In this document: piece by piece, positions 19,631-36,429 of the stretch | Layout of the letters: each line of letters begins with the position of its first letter | Position numbering within the stretch: the stretch's first letter is position 1 | Position numbers and translations under genes: made by a program | The notes under the pieces: model-generated | Seen by the model: only the letters and a program-made list of their open reading frames with translations | Database searches by the model: none | What the model was told of the DNA's origin: nothing | Assembly (NCBI RefSeq): GCF_009914755.1 | Contig: NC_060934.1 | Reading direction: 5' to 3' (one strand) | Source: the human T2T-CHM13v2.0 reference genome, Homo sapiens | Length of the DNA: 64,000 nt

Positions 19631-20019
19631 AGAAATGGCTAAGCTTCCTTCTCAATGACAATGTCTCTACTGCAGAGCGTGCCTGTGACAGCACCCTGGA
19701 GAAATCACCTTTTAATACCACATTATCCCCTTATTCTAACAGACTTAGCACTTGTATCTGGGCAAATATTTGTTCACAAAGGTCTCAGCAAATCTCTTCA
19801 ACCCAAAGAATTTACTCTATTCTCACTAATCGAGATCACAGAGACCTTGATCATGCTAGAAAGCCATCGCCTTACCTCCCTGGGATTCACCTGGTGTCCC
19901 CCCAACTCCCTAGTCCCAAGCTCAGGCCTTAAGAAGCTCTGATGTCCTTTTTATTGGAGACAAGGAGCGGCTGGAGAGGTGTTTGATTTTTACCTCTTTC
20001 CCCTTGCCCTCGCCCCCTG

Positions 20020-20420
20020 ACTATCAATATAAGGTAGAAAATACAGAAAAAATATAAAGAAACAGAAAGAAAAATATAATCCCACATACACAACCCCAGC
20101 TCCCAGAAGCCACTAAACCTAACATCTTAGTATATTTCCCCCAGGTGTGTTTTTTTCTGCAATTTTTCTTTACACAGCAGGAAGGTTATGTTACATGTAC
20201 ATTTTTACAGTTTTAACTTCACTTTAGCACGTAATTATTTTCCTTCGTCACTAAACCTCACGTTACGGATAACTTACCCTTTCATCTTACAGATAGGTCA
20301 TATAATTATTCCTTATTTTGAACTCACAGGTTGTTTCTAGGTTTTCATTACTCTAAGTTTACAACAAGCACCCTTGTGCACGATGGTTTATCTTATTTGA
20401 ATGACTGGGATTTCTGGGTT
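20020..20420 (-). mobile_element. old L1ME-like fragment
   Basis: degenerate antisense L1 motifs, e.g. caggttgtttctaggttttc. Confidence 0.45.
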
Positions 20421-21547
20421 TGCTGAGCAGCTGTATTTTCTGTTTAGAGTGTCAGGCTGCCTCTGGAATGCTTGAGAAGCACCAGGGGTGGTGCCCCAGG
20501 AGGGCAGCGCGTGGCCTCCTTCCCTCACCAGGCCATTCCTGCTGCGTGTGTTTGTTCTGGGGCGTCCCGCAAGGTAAAGTCAACAACTGTCAGGTGACGG
20601 GCTTCGTGGGACCCTGCTTGTAGGAGAGCATTCCTCGGGGTGAGTCCATGTGTCTGGCTACCCTGGTTCTAAGAAACCATTCCAGTCTGCAGGCTCCAGA
20701 CCTTCCAAGATGCTGACTTAGTGATGATAGAATGGACAGGACACCTCCAACCAATAACTTTTGTGCTTGCCTTTCAATAAGCAGGGAAGCCCAGGTGGAA
20801 TCCCAGAAAGCAGCTGTTTCTGATCTCAAAGGTGAGATGCCAGGTTCTTACCTGACTGGCAGAAATCCAAACGTTGGATAATTTACTGTGTTGGCATAAC
20901 TATGGCAAAACAGGCATTCAACGTTCACTCCCGGTAGGAATACAAGTGTGAATGGCCCCTCCGCAGGGATATCTGGCAACAACCATCACCAAAGTCTCCA
21001 ACGCACATGTGCTTTGACAAGCAGTTTTACTTTAAAAGATTTATTCCAAGACAGACTCACGCATTCTCCAGCACAATGTAAAAGAGAAGACAGTTCTGCC
21101 CATCTGCAGCCCCACAGTGGGTCCGGGTGATGCAAGGACTGAAGAGTTCACCAGCACTGGAGCTGCCCCTGCTCTGTCTAGCAGGAGAGCTCCCAGACAG
21201 ATCTCCTCTGGGAGAAAAAAAAAAAAAATCACAAGGTGGCAACAGTTGTATAGGAAAAAAATATAGGCCTTTCCCAGTCACGGAAACAGGACACAGGGAG
21301 GGGCCACCAGACAAAGAAAAGAGATGCAGAAAGAAAGGCGTATGTTGGGAGTGGGATGTGCAGACACTGAGGAAAGGCAGGGCCAGGAAGTCATGACGGG
21401 AGAGAGACAGGGGTCGCATTCAGCTTTAGAAACTTGAATGCCACAGATAAGGGCTGGGTTTATCCTGCAGGCCAGGGGTCACTAACACGAAGCATAAAAC
21501 TACTTATAAACAGTGCTATCTAAAAATGAAGTCTGGTTGCGCTCATA

Positions 21548-21859
21548 TTTTATTTTTTTTAATTTTAATTTTATTTATTCAAGATGGAGACTTGCTCTGT
21601 CGCCCAGACTGGAGTGTAGTGGTACGATCTCAGCTTCTACGACCTCCACTTCCCAGGTTCAAGCGACTCTCCTGCCTCAGCCTCCCTACTAGCTGGGATT
21701 ACAGGCATGCGCCACCACGCCTGGCTAATTTTTGTATGTTTAGTAGAGACGTGGTTTCACCATATTGGCCAGGCTGGTCTCAAACTCCTGACCTTGTGAT
21801 CTGCCTGCCTCAGCCTCCCAAAATGCTGGGATTACAGGCGTGAGCCACCATGCCCAGCC
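21548..21859 (-). mobile_element. Alu (AluS-type)
   Basis: antisense dimer; TSD-like tgc(g/a)ct(c/g)atattttat. Confidence 0.93.
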
Positions 21860-21921
21860 TGCACTGATATTTTATACAGATACATCTGGCATCATGTAAT
21901 TCATAAATATATACCCACTAG

Positions 21922-22260
<339 letters not shown>

Positions 22261-23479
22261 TCACACTCAGTTTTATCACTAGAGGTATGCAATCACAAAA
22301 TTCTGGAGACACATGGTCTTGGCAATAAAGAGAGCTGAAATGTGACCAGCAGGAGAGGGGTGTGATGAGATACGGTGTAAGGAAGAATAGCAGGAGCCGG
22401 AAATTTTTCAGGAGCCAGAGATTCTTCCTCAATTCCCAGAGCCAGTGAATCCGGAGAAAGAGATTCGGGAATCCTCCCAGGTGGAGCTGAAGTTCTGCTT
22501 GGTCCTTCCCGGAAGGGAAAAGCTACTGAGCTCAGTGATCAGTCCCAGTGCTGCACCAAGAAGGGGTCACGAAGCTGGTTACTTATCTGTGTGCGGTAAG
22601 TCTATACAGAAAAAGGCAATCAACTTTGGCCTCTTGCAGAGAAATGCATTTGCCTTCCTCCAAGTAGTCTGTGTCCTCTAAGATGCTCCCTTTTGGATCC
22701 CGGGTGACAGAAATCTTGGGCCAAATCCCCTACCAAATGCCGGAGCTGGTTCCCATCAGTACGTAGGTCAGTTGTTTTTAAGAGTTGGAGGTGTGTGTCA
22801 TCTCATGCTTTCTCTGTTAGAGTGTGTTTAATTCTATTTCCTCCCTTTCAAGTGTGTTTAATATTTTAATTCTCATCCCCTCCCTATAAGACCTTATAGG
22901 AGTCTAGATGTGGGGCTGTCAATGGAGCACAGCACCCTAGCCTGGATACTGGAGATGGGGAGACCCTCACTATTTTGGGATCATACCTGTGCCTCTCTCA
23001 CTACAGCAGAAGATGAGGCAGTTCCATGCTGTTACTGGCAAAGGTGTGACATCCTGATCCTTAGAGTCACAAGAGGGAAACTCAGGCCTGCTCATAGTTC
23101 CAAGAGGGTTTATAAACACTTGAGAGGGGACCAAAGGAGGAGAAGAACATCAAGAAGACCACAAAGTCACCAGTGTGACATCCACTGCCTTCCATACTTT
23201 GGTCTACAGGAGGCCATCAATGTGCTCAGAGAATAACCAGGAATGTTGAGTTGCAGGTGACACGTCTGGAGGGATAAAGGCTGACTCCACAGGGTGGAAA
23301 GGAGACATGGCACATATGTCCATTTCTACAGCATGCCTGTGGAGGTGACGGTCTTTCAACTGACTCATGGGATGTCTACCTCTTTTTCCATCAGTTGTTC
23401 ATTCCAGCAGAAAAGTCCACGTTCACCAGAGAAGAAAAATGATACGTCTCCTTCCCCTCCCCCAATTACTAAGTGCCCA

Positions 23480-23577
23480 GGTGGGAGCTAAGCTATGAGG
23501 ACACAAAGGCATAAAAAAGATACAATGGACTTTGGGGACTCAGAGGGAAGGATGGGATGGGGGTGAGGGATAAAAGA
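23480..23577 (+). mobile_element. L1PB-like 3'UTR internal fragment
   Basis: gtgggagctaagctatgagg...atacaatggactttggggactc...gagggataaaaga. Confidence 0.75.
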
Positions 23578-23588
23578 AAGAAAAATAG

Positions 23589-23912
<324 letters not shown>

Positions 23913-24123
23913 TGAACCGAGACCTTCTCAAAAGTCGGGTGGAGGTAGAGGAACCAACAAAAACAGACATAATCCCTTCATCCAAGAACTCAAGGAAGGG
24001 ACAGAACCCATATAAAAGGTTTTGTAAAACTCTCCTCCATCTGTAACTCTTTTAATGAGAACATCAGGTAAAAACATTTATCTATAATATAAAATATTCA
24101 AAAATTAGATTGACTTTTTAAAC

Positions 24124-24935
24124 TTTTATTTCTTTCCAATTGTTATTTTAGCTTCAGGGGTTTGTGACATGAGTAAACTGCATGTTACATGAGTAAACTG
24201 CATGTCCTGAGAATTTAGTATGCAGGTTATTTTGTCACCCAGGTAATGAACATAGTCCCCAAGAGGTAGTATTTCTATCCTCACCCTCCTCCCACCCTCC
24301 ACTCTCAAGTAGGCCCCGGTGTCTCTTCCCTTCTTTGTGTCCATGTATACTCAGTGTTTAGCTCCCACTTATAAGTGAGAACGTGGTATTCAGTTTCCTG
24401 TTCCTGCATTAATTCACTTAGGATAATGGCCTCCAGTTGATCCATGTTGCTGCAAAGCACATGATTTCATTCTTTTTAACGGCTGCATAGTATTCCATGG
24501 CATATATGTACCACACTGTCTTCTTCCAGTCCACCATTTGATGGGCTTCTAGGTTGATTTCACATTTTTGCTATTGTGAATAGTGCTGCGATAAACATAT
24601 GCGTACATGTCTCTTTATGGCAGAACGATTTATATTCCTTTAGGTATAAATGTAATGGGATTGCCAGGTCGAATGGCAGTTCTGTTTTAAGTTCTTTGAG
24701 AAATTTCCAAATTGCTTTCCAATAGTGGCTGAACTAACTTACATTCCCACCAGCAGTGTATAAGTGTTCCTTTTTCTCCACAACCTCACCAGCATGTTAT
24801 TTTTTGACTTTTTAATAATAGCCATTCTGACTGGTATGAGATGGTATCTCATTGTGGTTTTGATCTGCATTTCTCTAATGATAAGCATTTTCTTCCTGTT
24901 TGTTGGCCATGTGTATGTCTTCTTTTGAGAAGTGA
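24124..24935 (-). mobile_element. L1PA15/16-like 3' end
   Basis: antisense L1 3'UTR; ORF2 C-terminal peptide IIREMQIKTTMRYHLIPVRMAIIKKSKNN in ORF 24739-24984. Confidence 0.9.
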
Positions 24936-26996
24936 GATTGGCCATTTTAGACCACACAGTAAGTTTGCACATAATAACTTTCATCTAATTCTAACTTAAC
25001 AATTGTACTAACATTGTGTAGTAGAAAGACTGAAAAATTATCAATGAAAAGTATGAAAGGTTTTAAGCAATGCAGACAACTTTCACTCTGTCTAACACAA
25101 ATTCTGCCTGGGTACTGTAACTGAAGAGAGTTTAATGGGGATGTAACACGGGTGAATGCTGTGTTGACCTTGGCATTCAAAGCCAGGATCACTGTCAAGT
25201 TTATGTTGGCTTATTTGACATCTGGTCATTTGGGGCCTGATTGAAGAGAGCCACCTAGAAGAATATCCTTATATGTTCAAGTTTGCTACTGGGGAAAGGT
25301 AGTCAAGATAATACGGCATATGTTTTTTGGAATATTCAAAGCACAAATATTAGATGCTTTAAATAAGAGAGAAGATGGTGCATATGAATTCCCTGCAGGA
25401 GAATTTCTGTTTAGGTAAGCGCAAGTTAACTGGAAAGTCCAGTAGACCCTGGGCCTTGATTTCCTGAAAGTGAACCCCAATTTATGTTCAGGGGTCTTGA
25501 GAAACAAGCTGTGTTCTCGTGTGGGCTGTCTGCCCTCTCCCATTCCTAGAAGGATACCTCTCTGAAATACTTACAAACACTTAACAATGAGAAGTCCACA
25601 GTGTCAAAACACTTCATGTCTCAGAAGCCACAAAACAGATTTTTTAAAAGCTTTTTTTTACAACTAAAACTATGCCCTGGTTTCACAGTCAAATAGTGGA
25701 TTTCCAATTTTGTAACACTTTCACTAAAATAAAAACTTTTTTGGCAAACACCAACCACAAAGAAAAACCAAAAGACAAACTTTGAGTTTTTCTGAGTCTA
25801 GAATTTTGATATATGCAAATACTGGCATTCCTGGTCAGAAGCCTGAACCCTTTAATGAAAACAGAAAAGAAAGCTGAGGCTTCCAAACCAAAATGGTTTG
25901 AGCATTAAGTCAAAAAGAAAGACTGTGTTGCCTGTATTTCATATCATTACAAGCTCATAAAACTAGCCAGTCTCAGCCGCTCTGTAAGATAAAATGCTTA
26001 AGATAGAAATTCACCTAATAGTGGTTTCCAACTCTTTAGTTAAGCAAGGAACACACACAGCACTGGTTTTTATCTTATAATATTTGTCATGTAGTTGAGA
26101 AACAAATAGTAGATACTGTTGCTGACTTTGAGCCAAGACAGCCACATATGATTATGTGCCATGGTGCTACATTCTGCAGGAAATAAAATTCTAATGGTTC
26201 TAATTCCTTTCACATGAACTTGCTCACTGTGTCTCCATGCTCTGGTGGTAACCTCAGGCCCGATACAAGCATGGGTTATTATATCTTTTAAACCCTTTGC
26301 AGAGATTAGAAGGCTGCAGAAAAATACCATTGGGGGTTGAAAACAGCTTTCTGAAATTGTTCTAAATGGACAAATAATGCGTTGCTTTCTTTGACAGCTG
26401 TTCAATAACTGAATACAGCTGGAGGGGCCGTCGGCTGCCAAGGGATTTCTACTTGGTTCATGACCAGGTTTTCTTTTCCAGAATGCTTTCCAACACTCGA
26501 ACTAGTCTTATTTATGTTAAGTGTATTTTTAAAAGAGGAATTTATTTTAATTATTTTCCATCCTGCTCCATCCATGTTACATAAAATAGTCTGCAGATTT
26601 AAAGGAATTGTCTTAAGGGTTAGCATTTCCCTCACCTGAACTGTAGCAGGAGCTAGGTGGAGTTAGGGCTGATTATCTCTAAGGTACCCCCAAAAGGACA
26701 CTGCATGCATTCAGCTGCACTGATCTCCAGCTGGTACTATCAGTCATTGTTCCCAAACCCATTTAATAGTAACTGTTCATGTTTCAAGCCGACAGCCCGA
26801 AGGAAGACAGGGTTCTTCCAGACATAGCAAGGAAGCTGTCCACCAAGTAGCCCTCCAGAGTGGGGTCATTTTGGTAAATTCACCTCAGTGTTTGGGGTCT
26901 GGTCCTTAGCCCTGATGGAGATCTTGCCCCCAGAATGGACTTATCTTCATCAGGCATCAGAGACTGATCGATGCAAACAAATGACCAAGGTCTTCA

Positions 26997-27321
<325 letters not shown>

Positions 27322-27339
27322 TTAAAACTTAAATTACAG

Positions 27340-27703
<364 letters not shown>

Positions 27704-29386
27704 TCAGTACGTTCTCTCCCCTGCAGGCAGATCTATTCAACAAGCCAATTTATAATCAGAAATGGACTTGGTGGGCATATAGAATTAGAAAAAGGGGAGC
27801 TAATTATAGGATTCAAAACATTTTAATGGCATCAGGCTAAAACAGCCCAATGCATACACTTCCACAATCAGAACAGTTTTGTGAAAAGGACGTGGTATTT
27901 TATACCCTCTATGTTAGGATTTTACTTAAAGTGAGAAGCAATAAGAGTTGGAAGGAAGGAACACGGTATTAGGATTGCAGTGCCATACAGTGCCTAGTCT
28001 ACTTTCAACAATTAAAAAAAAAAAATCCTTAAACACAGTGCAGTTTAAAAGCCATAGCACCTACTTGCCAGGAAAGACTTCCACTTTCAGTGCCACTAAA
28101 AATATAACAGTGAAAAAGTCCACATAGAGCATAAACCATTTCAAAATGGAGCATCAAAAATGGAAACGATGCTGGTTAGCCCATTTGCCAGCCCTGCAAT
28201 CACGCAACTTTTAGCTCTAATTCCTGAAATTCATAAATAGTTGGCAAGCAAAGTGGCTCTTAGCAAGATAAATCTGAGCCTTAACCTCCACCCCAGCACG
28301 TGTAAAATTTAGGATGGAAATTAACATTCAGAATGCCTGGTTCTGATTAATGGAGAATTTAACACCAAGACATCTACTTGCTGCATGCGCAACTGAGACC
28401 CAACTTCCTTCCTTTCTCCGTCTTTTCCTAAAGGAAGACGGGGTGATTCAAGCAGAGAAGTCCACGCTCAGCAGGGTTTGCTTGGGGTAGATGCCCCAGG
28501 CAATGCAGGTCCTTCCCCCATCCTCAAATAACACACTCTTCAGGAGCTCCCTCCCGTTCTTTCTTTGGAGGAAACATTCTTTATGTACTGTAACCAAATA
28601 TATTCTATCCCCATAACGTATCGTGAATATTCCAAATTTTTATCATCTTCTCCAGGCAATCAGCTACCTTTAGACTATACTAAAGTATTTTTTTGTGGCA
28701 TCAGCTCCAGCCAACCTGCAGCCCCGTGCGCTAGCTGGCCATCCTGCACAGTCGGCTGAGATTTACTGTTGGTTTTCAGTGGTGGCTTCACTCACACTGC
28801 ACACGTCTAACCAAGGAATGTTTAGAGGTTTCCTACTGACAATCTTAAAATCATCTTAACCACCAGCGTGGATTAAACAGCCTTAGTTTCAAGAGTGAGG
28901 GGGAAAAAAAAAAGTCCACAAAAAAAAGGACAAAAAAACCAAACCAACTCCACCATCAATATCTTTGTTGTCATGATAGAAACCACAACTTAGTCACGGA
29001 TTCAGTAACATATCACAGGCAGACCAACTTGTACTAAATAAGGACTTTTACACTTCCAATCACTGAGTAGAAACATGTGCAGTGACTCGTTACAGCCAGC
29101 ACTTGCACTCCGCATCTGAGGATTCCCAACAAAATGGAAAAGGCAAGGTGAGTGACAAGACTTGCGAAAAGCTAGAGGCACATCACGTGTGTCTAATGAT
29201 AAATATCTAATGGGAATAAACTGGCTAATAATGAGATGAGCTCCCCACTCCTTTCCTCCTTCCCTGACAGCCAGGGGAGTTCTATGTCCTCTTTGGTGCA
29301 AAATGTATGCAGAAAACACTCTACAATTTCCAGCTGTTCCAGCTGTTCTTTCTGAAGCAGACAGAGAACTTTTAAGGACAGTTGAA

Positions 29387-29694
29387 GGCCCGGGGCTCAC
29401 ACCTGTAATTCCAGCACTTTGGCAGGCCGAGGTGGGCAGAACACTTGAGCCCAGGAGTTCGAGACCAAGCTCGAGATCAGCCTAGGCAACAAGGCAAAAC
29501 CTCGTCTCTACGAAAAATACAAAAATTAGCCAGGTGTGGTAGCCCTAGTCTGTAGTCCCAGCTGCTTGGGAGGCTGAGGTGGGAGGATCACTTGAGTCCA
29601 GGCAGCTGAGTCTGCGGTGAGCTACGATGGAGCCACCGTACTCCAGCTTGAGCGACAGAGTGATACTCCATCTCTAAAAAACAAAACAAAAAAA
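29387..29694 (+). mobile_element. Alu (AluJ-type)
   Basis: sense dimer with small internal duplication tcgagaccaagctcgagatc. Confidence 0.9.
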
Positions 29695-29802
29695 CTCCAT
29701 CTTTTCTTTGCTTCTTTTCCAGGCCTTTCTGTGGACCCCAGATACTTCTAGCTTATGTCAGGGGCTTTCCATTATGCTGGAACTCACTTCCTGAAAGCTT
29801 AC

Positions 29803-30003
29803 TGCGTTCCATGGGCCCCACGGAGTAGAATCAAGCTTTGATATTGGCTAAATCCTGGCATGGACATCCCATTTGTCTTATCTCCATGTTACACGCTCAT
29901 CTTCGCCCACGGTCGTGCTTGGCTTCCACGTCCAATTGGACCAGGAAGTGAATGACGGGACATTGAGTGTGAATGCGGTAGGGAAGTGCTGTTTCACTCC
30001 GAC
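29803..30003 (-). other. candidate non-coding exon (201 nt) or enhancer
   Basis: acceptor ctttctttttacttcctatgactcatcttcacccag|G, donor CA|gtaagc; stops in all three frames; CpG-retaining; ETS, AP-1 and GATA motifs in or beside it. Confidence 0.3.
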
Positions 30004-30431
30004 CTGGGTGAAGATGAGTCATAGGAAGTAAAAAGAAAGGGCTCTGCCAAGTCCATCATCCTGTCCTCTCGCATTCATTTTAAACAATTCAGACTCTTAC
30101 TTGTAAACCACATTTCTGACTGACTTCAACCCAGTACAGATTAAACATCGCTACATCAAATCACATTGTAAATACCCCAAGGAGGTTCAAGATTAGGAAA
30201 TCCATCACGAACTGTTCAGCAAAAGAAATATAATCATTTTCCTCTGCAGCTAATTACTCCCTAATTTATCTGTTGGGAAAGTTTAGATTCTTCTATTTTA
30301 TGTTCCATTAATAACTCAAGAGTCACCAGAGGACTTATGTTCTCTGCCTCCCCTGTAACCCATCATTTCACTCAGTCATTTCACTCATAGATCGTTTGGT
30401 GAAGTAGGCTCAGGAAGTAATTAAAAATTAG

Positions 30432-31094
<663 letters not shown>

Positions 31095-31287
31095 TACAAT
31101 TCTTGTTTTTGTTGGTCAGGAGGACACAGCCACATGTTGTGGTTTTTCATCACCAAAATGTGGCAATGAATGTACACAAATAGCCAACCATCTCTTTCCT
31201 CCCTCAAGTACTGATCAAAAATTAATGTGAGCTGTAAGTTTTAGATCAAGCATTCCCTTAAAAAAATTAACCAAGATGAAATCCCTA

Positions 31288-31512
31288 GGAGGCATGATAG
31301 TATGGTGGCCAACAGCTCTGGAGTCAGACTACCTGGGTTCAAATCCAATCCCAGCTCTACCCATTATCAGCTGTGTAAGCTTGAGCAAGAGCAAGCTGCC
31401 TACCCCCTAGGCCACTCACCTCATAGATTATTAGGGGAATAAACCAGTCAATGCTGAAAACTGTGCCTGGCATGTGCTCAGCGCTCACTAGATGCTACTG
31501 ACTATTATTATT
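31288..31512 (+). mobile_element. MIR
   Basis: ctctggagtcagactacctgggttcaaatcc...tgcctggcatgtgctcagcgctca. Confidence 0.75.
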
Positions 31513-31534
31513 TCTATAAGAATGTCACAAATAT

Positions 31535-31836
31535 GACTGGGCACGGTGGCTCACGTCCGTTATCTCAGCACTTTGGGAGGCCAAGGCAGGCAGATCGCTT
31601 GAGCCCAGTAGTTCAAGACCAGTGTGGGCAACAGGGTGAAACCCCATCTCTACAAAAAAACATAGAAATTAGCTGGGCGTGCTAGCACGTGCCTATAATC
31701 CCAGCTACTCAGGAGGCTGAGGCAGGAGGATCACCTGAGACCAGGAGGTCAAGGCTGCAGTGAGCCATGATTGCACCACCGCAGTCTAGCCTGGGAGACA
31801 AAACAAGACTCTGTCTCTAAATAAATAAATAAATAA
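31535..31836 (+). mobile_element. Alu (AluJ-type) with (TAAA)n tail
   Basis: sense dimer. Confidence 0.92.
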
Positions 31837-31849
31837 GGAATATGATAAA

Positions 31850-32121
31850 TGCCACATGTTCTCACTCATAAATGTAAGCTAAACATTGAGAACACATGGA
31901 CATAAAGAAGGAAATAACAGACACATGGGCCTACTTGAGGGTGCAGGTTGGCAGGAAGGAGAGAATGGAAAAACTATGTATTTGGTACTATGCCTATTAC
32001 CTGGGTGACAAAATTATCTGCACACTAAACCCTACCACCCCCGTGACACACAATTTACCCATATCACAAACCTGTACATGTATCCCCTGCACCTAAAATA
32101 AAAGTAAAAAAAAAAAAAAAA
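31850..32121 (+). mobile_element. L1PA15/16-like 3' end with poly-A
   Basis: catgttctcactcataa...cctacttgagggtg...acctaaaataaaagt plus A-tail. Confidence 0.88.
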
Positions 32122-32296
32122 TCAGAGATTACCTAATTAGTAATCTCGGTCTAAAACTCTCAGTCCGAAAACTTGCCTCAGAACACTGTAGACAGAAATA
32201 ATGACGTTGCCATTGCTTAAATCCACCAGGTACTTTTGCAGCCTTCAAAAAAACCCAAAAAACAAACCAAAAAAAAAAAAACCTTTCTAAAGATAA

Positions 32297-32613
<317 letters not shown>

Positions 32614-33534
32614 TGTTGTTGTTTTAAATCAGGAACTGAGCTATTCTGAACAAGATGCCTTGTAGTTTAACCCTTGATACAGAGCGACGCGGATACCTGG
32701 AGAACTGTGGGGGCAATATGCTGTTTCGGTAACTTGCTCTGCTCAGGCAACAGCATTAGCTCAAGCTCGGGTTTTCCTGAGCTGCAGTAGTGCAGGCATC
32801 TGGCTGCTTCTACTTGGTTGACATCACTACTCTTCTTTCATCAGCTTCCTTGATTTCCTCACCTATTTTTGGGTCCAATTGTCTAGCCTTGGGGATCTGG
32901 CAACCTCATGTTCACACAGCCCAGGCCCTGGCAACCATCCTTACCTCAAGTTTTAGGCCCCAGCAAATACAGGTATCCCCAGGGCACCACCAGATTTGGC
33001 CAGCCTTCATCCTGCCTCTCACTATCAGTATGGACATCAGAAACCTCGGGTCCCTCATTGGGCTTCTTCTGACAGATATGTCATCCTGGCAAACATGCAA
33101 AACAACTCTGTAAAGAGGGAAAGTTACACCAAGAACCTGTGGCTCAGCGGTTAAGTAATCCACTTTCAGTCACGCCGCACATAAACAGCACTGCTGAAGC
33201 CACCGGGCAGTGGGTCACTGCTGCTGACACGGTGACAGGTGGGAGGACGCCCTCAGATGTGGTGATGTCGGGAAGAAGGTTGAGAATCAAAATATTAAAG
33301 AACTATGTGAACAGCCAAGTACTGCATATTTTTAGTAGATATTCATGTGTATGTTTAAAGGAGGTATACTAACTTGAACTACAAACTGAGAGCTTATAAA
33401 TAAGAGTGCTGACCAACCAGCCGGATGCAACAGATGTAGGCTGCAGGGAAACCACTGTTGGCCTAGTCACCAATTTCCACTTGTGGTTCTATCGGCTCCA
33501 GAGGTGAAATTCAATTCAGAATGAGCTGGGCCAC

Positions 33535-33810
33535 GCCAGGCTTGGTGGCGCACAATTGTAATCCCAGCACTTTGTGAGGCCAAGGCAGGAGGACTGCTTG
33601 AGCGCCCAGGAGTTTGAGACCAGCCTGGGTAACATGGTGAAAATTAGCCAGGCACACCTGTGCACATCTGGAGTCCCAGCTACTCAGGAGAATGAGGTAG
33701 GAGGATCCCATGAGCCCAGGAAGTTGAAGCTGCAGTGAAACGTGATCATGCCACTGCACTCCAGCCTGGACAGCAGGGCAATACCATCTCACTTAAAAAA
33801 AAAAAAAAAA
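33535..33810 (+). mobile_element. Alu (AluJ-type), middle linker deleted
   Basis: aacatggtgaaa joins attagcc; TSD-like atgagctg. Confidence 0.9.
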
Positions 33811-33849
33811 GGATGAGCTGACTCAATAAGAACAAGTAACACAGCTTTT

Positions 33850-34125
33850 CAGGGAATGCTGGGGACAGGGATACATATGGCCCTAAGAAGCTACGGGAAG
33901 TCATTTTCAGATCACAAGGGGAGTCTGCCTTAGAATAAAATTGATACCATTTGAGAACTAAGTAGACAGAAAGAAACTGGAACCTTCAGTGACACTGCTA
34001 AGCCCTGCCAAGCTTTGTCTCAGGCCCGCACACTACCTTTGGCTTTTTAGTCTCATAAAGCAATGCTCCCTTTACTGTTTAAGCCACTTTTAAGTTGTTT
34101 CTGGTAAACTTAAAGAGGACTTTTG
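33850..34125 (+). mobile_element. MLT1-type LTR fragment
   Basis: agaaagaaactggaaccttcagtgacactg...ctgtttaagccactttt resembles MLT1 3' part. Confidence 0.5.
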
Positions 34126-34187
34126 TGGAATGCATTTAAGATAAGCACTTTCTTGCATAGTATGGCACTGCAAATCACTGAATATTA

Positions 34188-34521
<334 letters not shown>

Positions 34522-34815
34522 TCAAAATCATGATCCTCTCATATTTTTAAAGGTAAACAAATGCATTTCTTTGGGAGTCATGGAATAGGTAAATGCAAGT
34601 AGAAGAGAAAAAGCAGATGTGACAGTCAAGGGCAGAGAGATGACAGATACTCAGATTTCATAGATTAGCACAGAACTTCTTTCGGCCTTTATTAATAAGA
34701 TTGCCCTAATAATAAGTGTTGTGCAACCAATTGAAAGCTGTTCAGTTTATTTCTGACACAAACGTAAATGTTACCCACAGGCAGCCTCTTACTCACCTTT
34801 TCTACTATGGCCTAA

Positions 34816-35351
<536 letters not shown>

Positions 35352-35888
35352 TACAGCATGTTTTCACACACATGCATGCATATATGACTCCCCTGAAACC
35401 TAGCAACATCCCTGTGGAGGGGAGGCGTCACCAGGCAACTGCAAACGAAGAAGCTGCGGCCTAGAAAAGTTGAATACTTTCCTCAAAGTCACAGGACTCA
35501 AAAGTTAGAGGAGTCAGAAGTTGGAAGACCCCGGTCTTCTAACTGAATTTCAAAAGACGTTTTACCATACTACCTGGCCTCTCCTGGACAGTTCTGGAAG
35601 TATCTCCCACCTATGAACACAGATGGGCACAGCAGGCTTGTGCTGGACACCAAAGGCGTGTTTCTGAGACCTTATACAAGGGCAGAAGATTGAGAAACAG
35701 GCATTCTGGACAATCTAAAAAATGTAACCACCAATATCAGAACATTAAAACTTAGCTCTAGAAATACTCTTTCATCATACTCCTGGTTCCAGCAGCCACT
35801 CCTTATCCCTGAGGGTCCAAAGTTTTAGGGAGTTCCTGGAATACTGCACACCCAAAAGACAAACACAGGCCAATTACAGGACTGATGT

Positions 35889-36429
<541 letters not shown>

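Noticed and set aside
24739-24984. L1 ORF2-like peptide as a CDS
   Set aside because: Short decayed fragment of a truncated L1; not functional.
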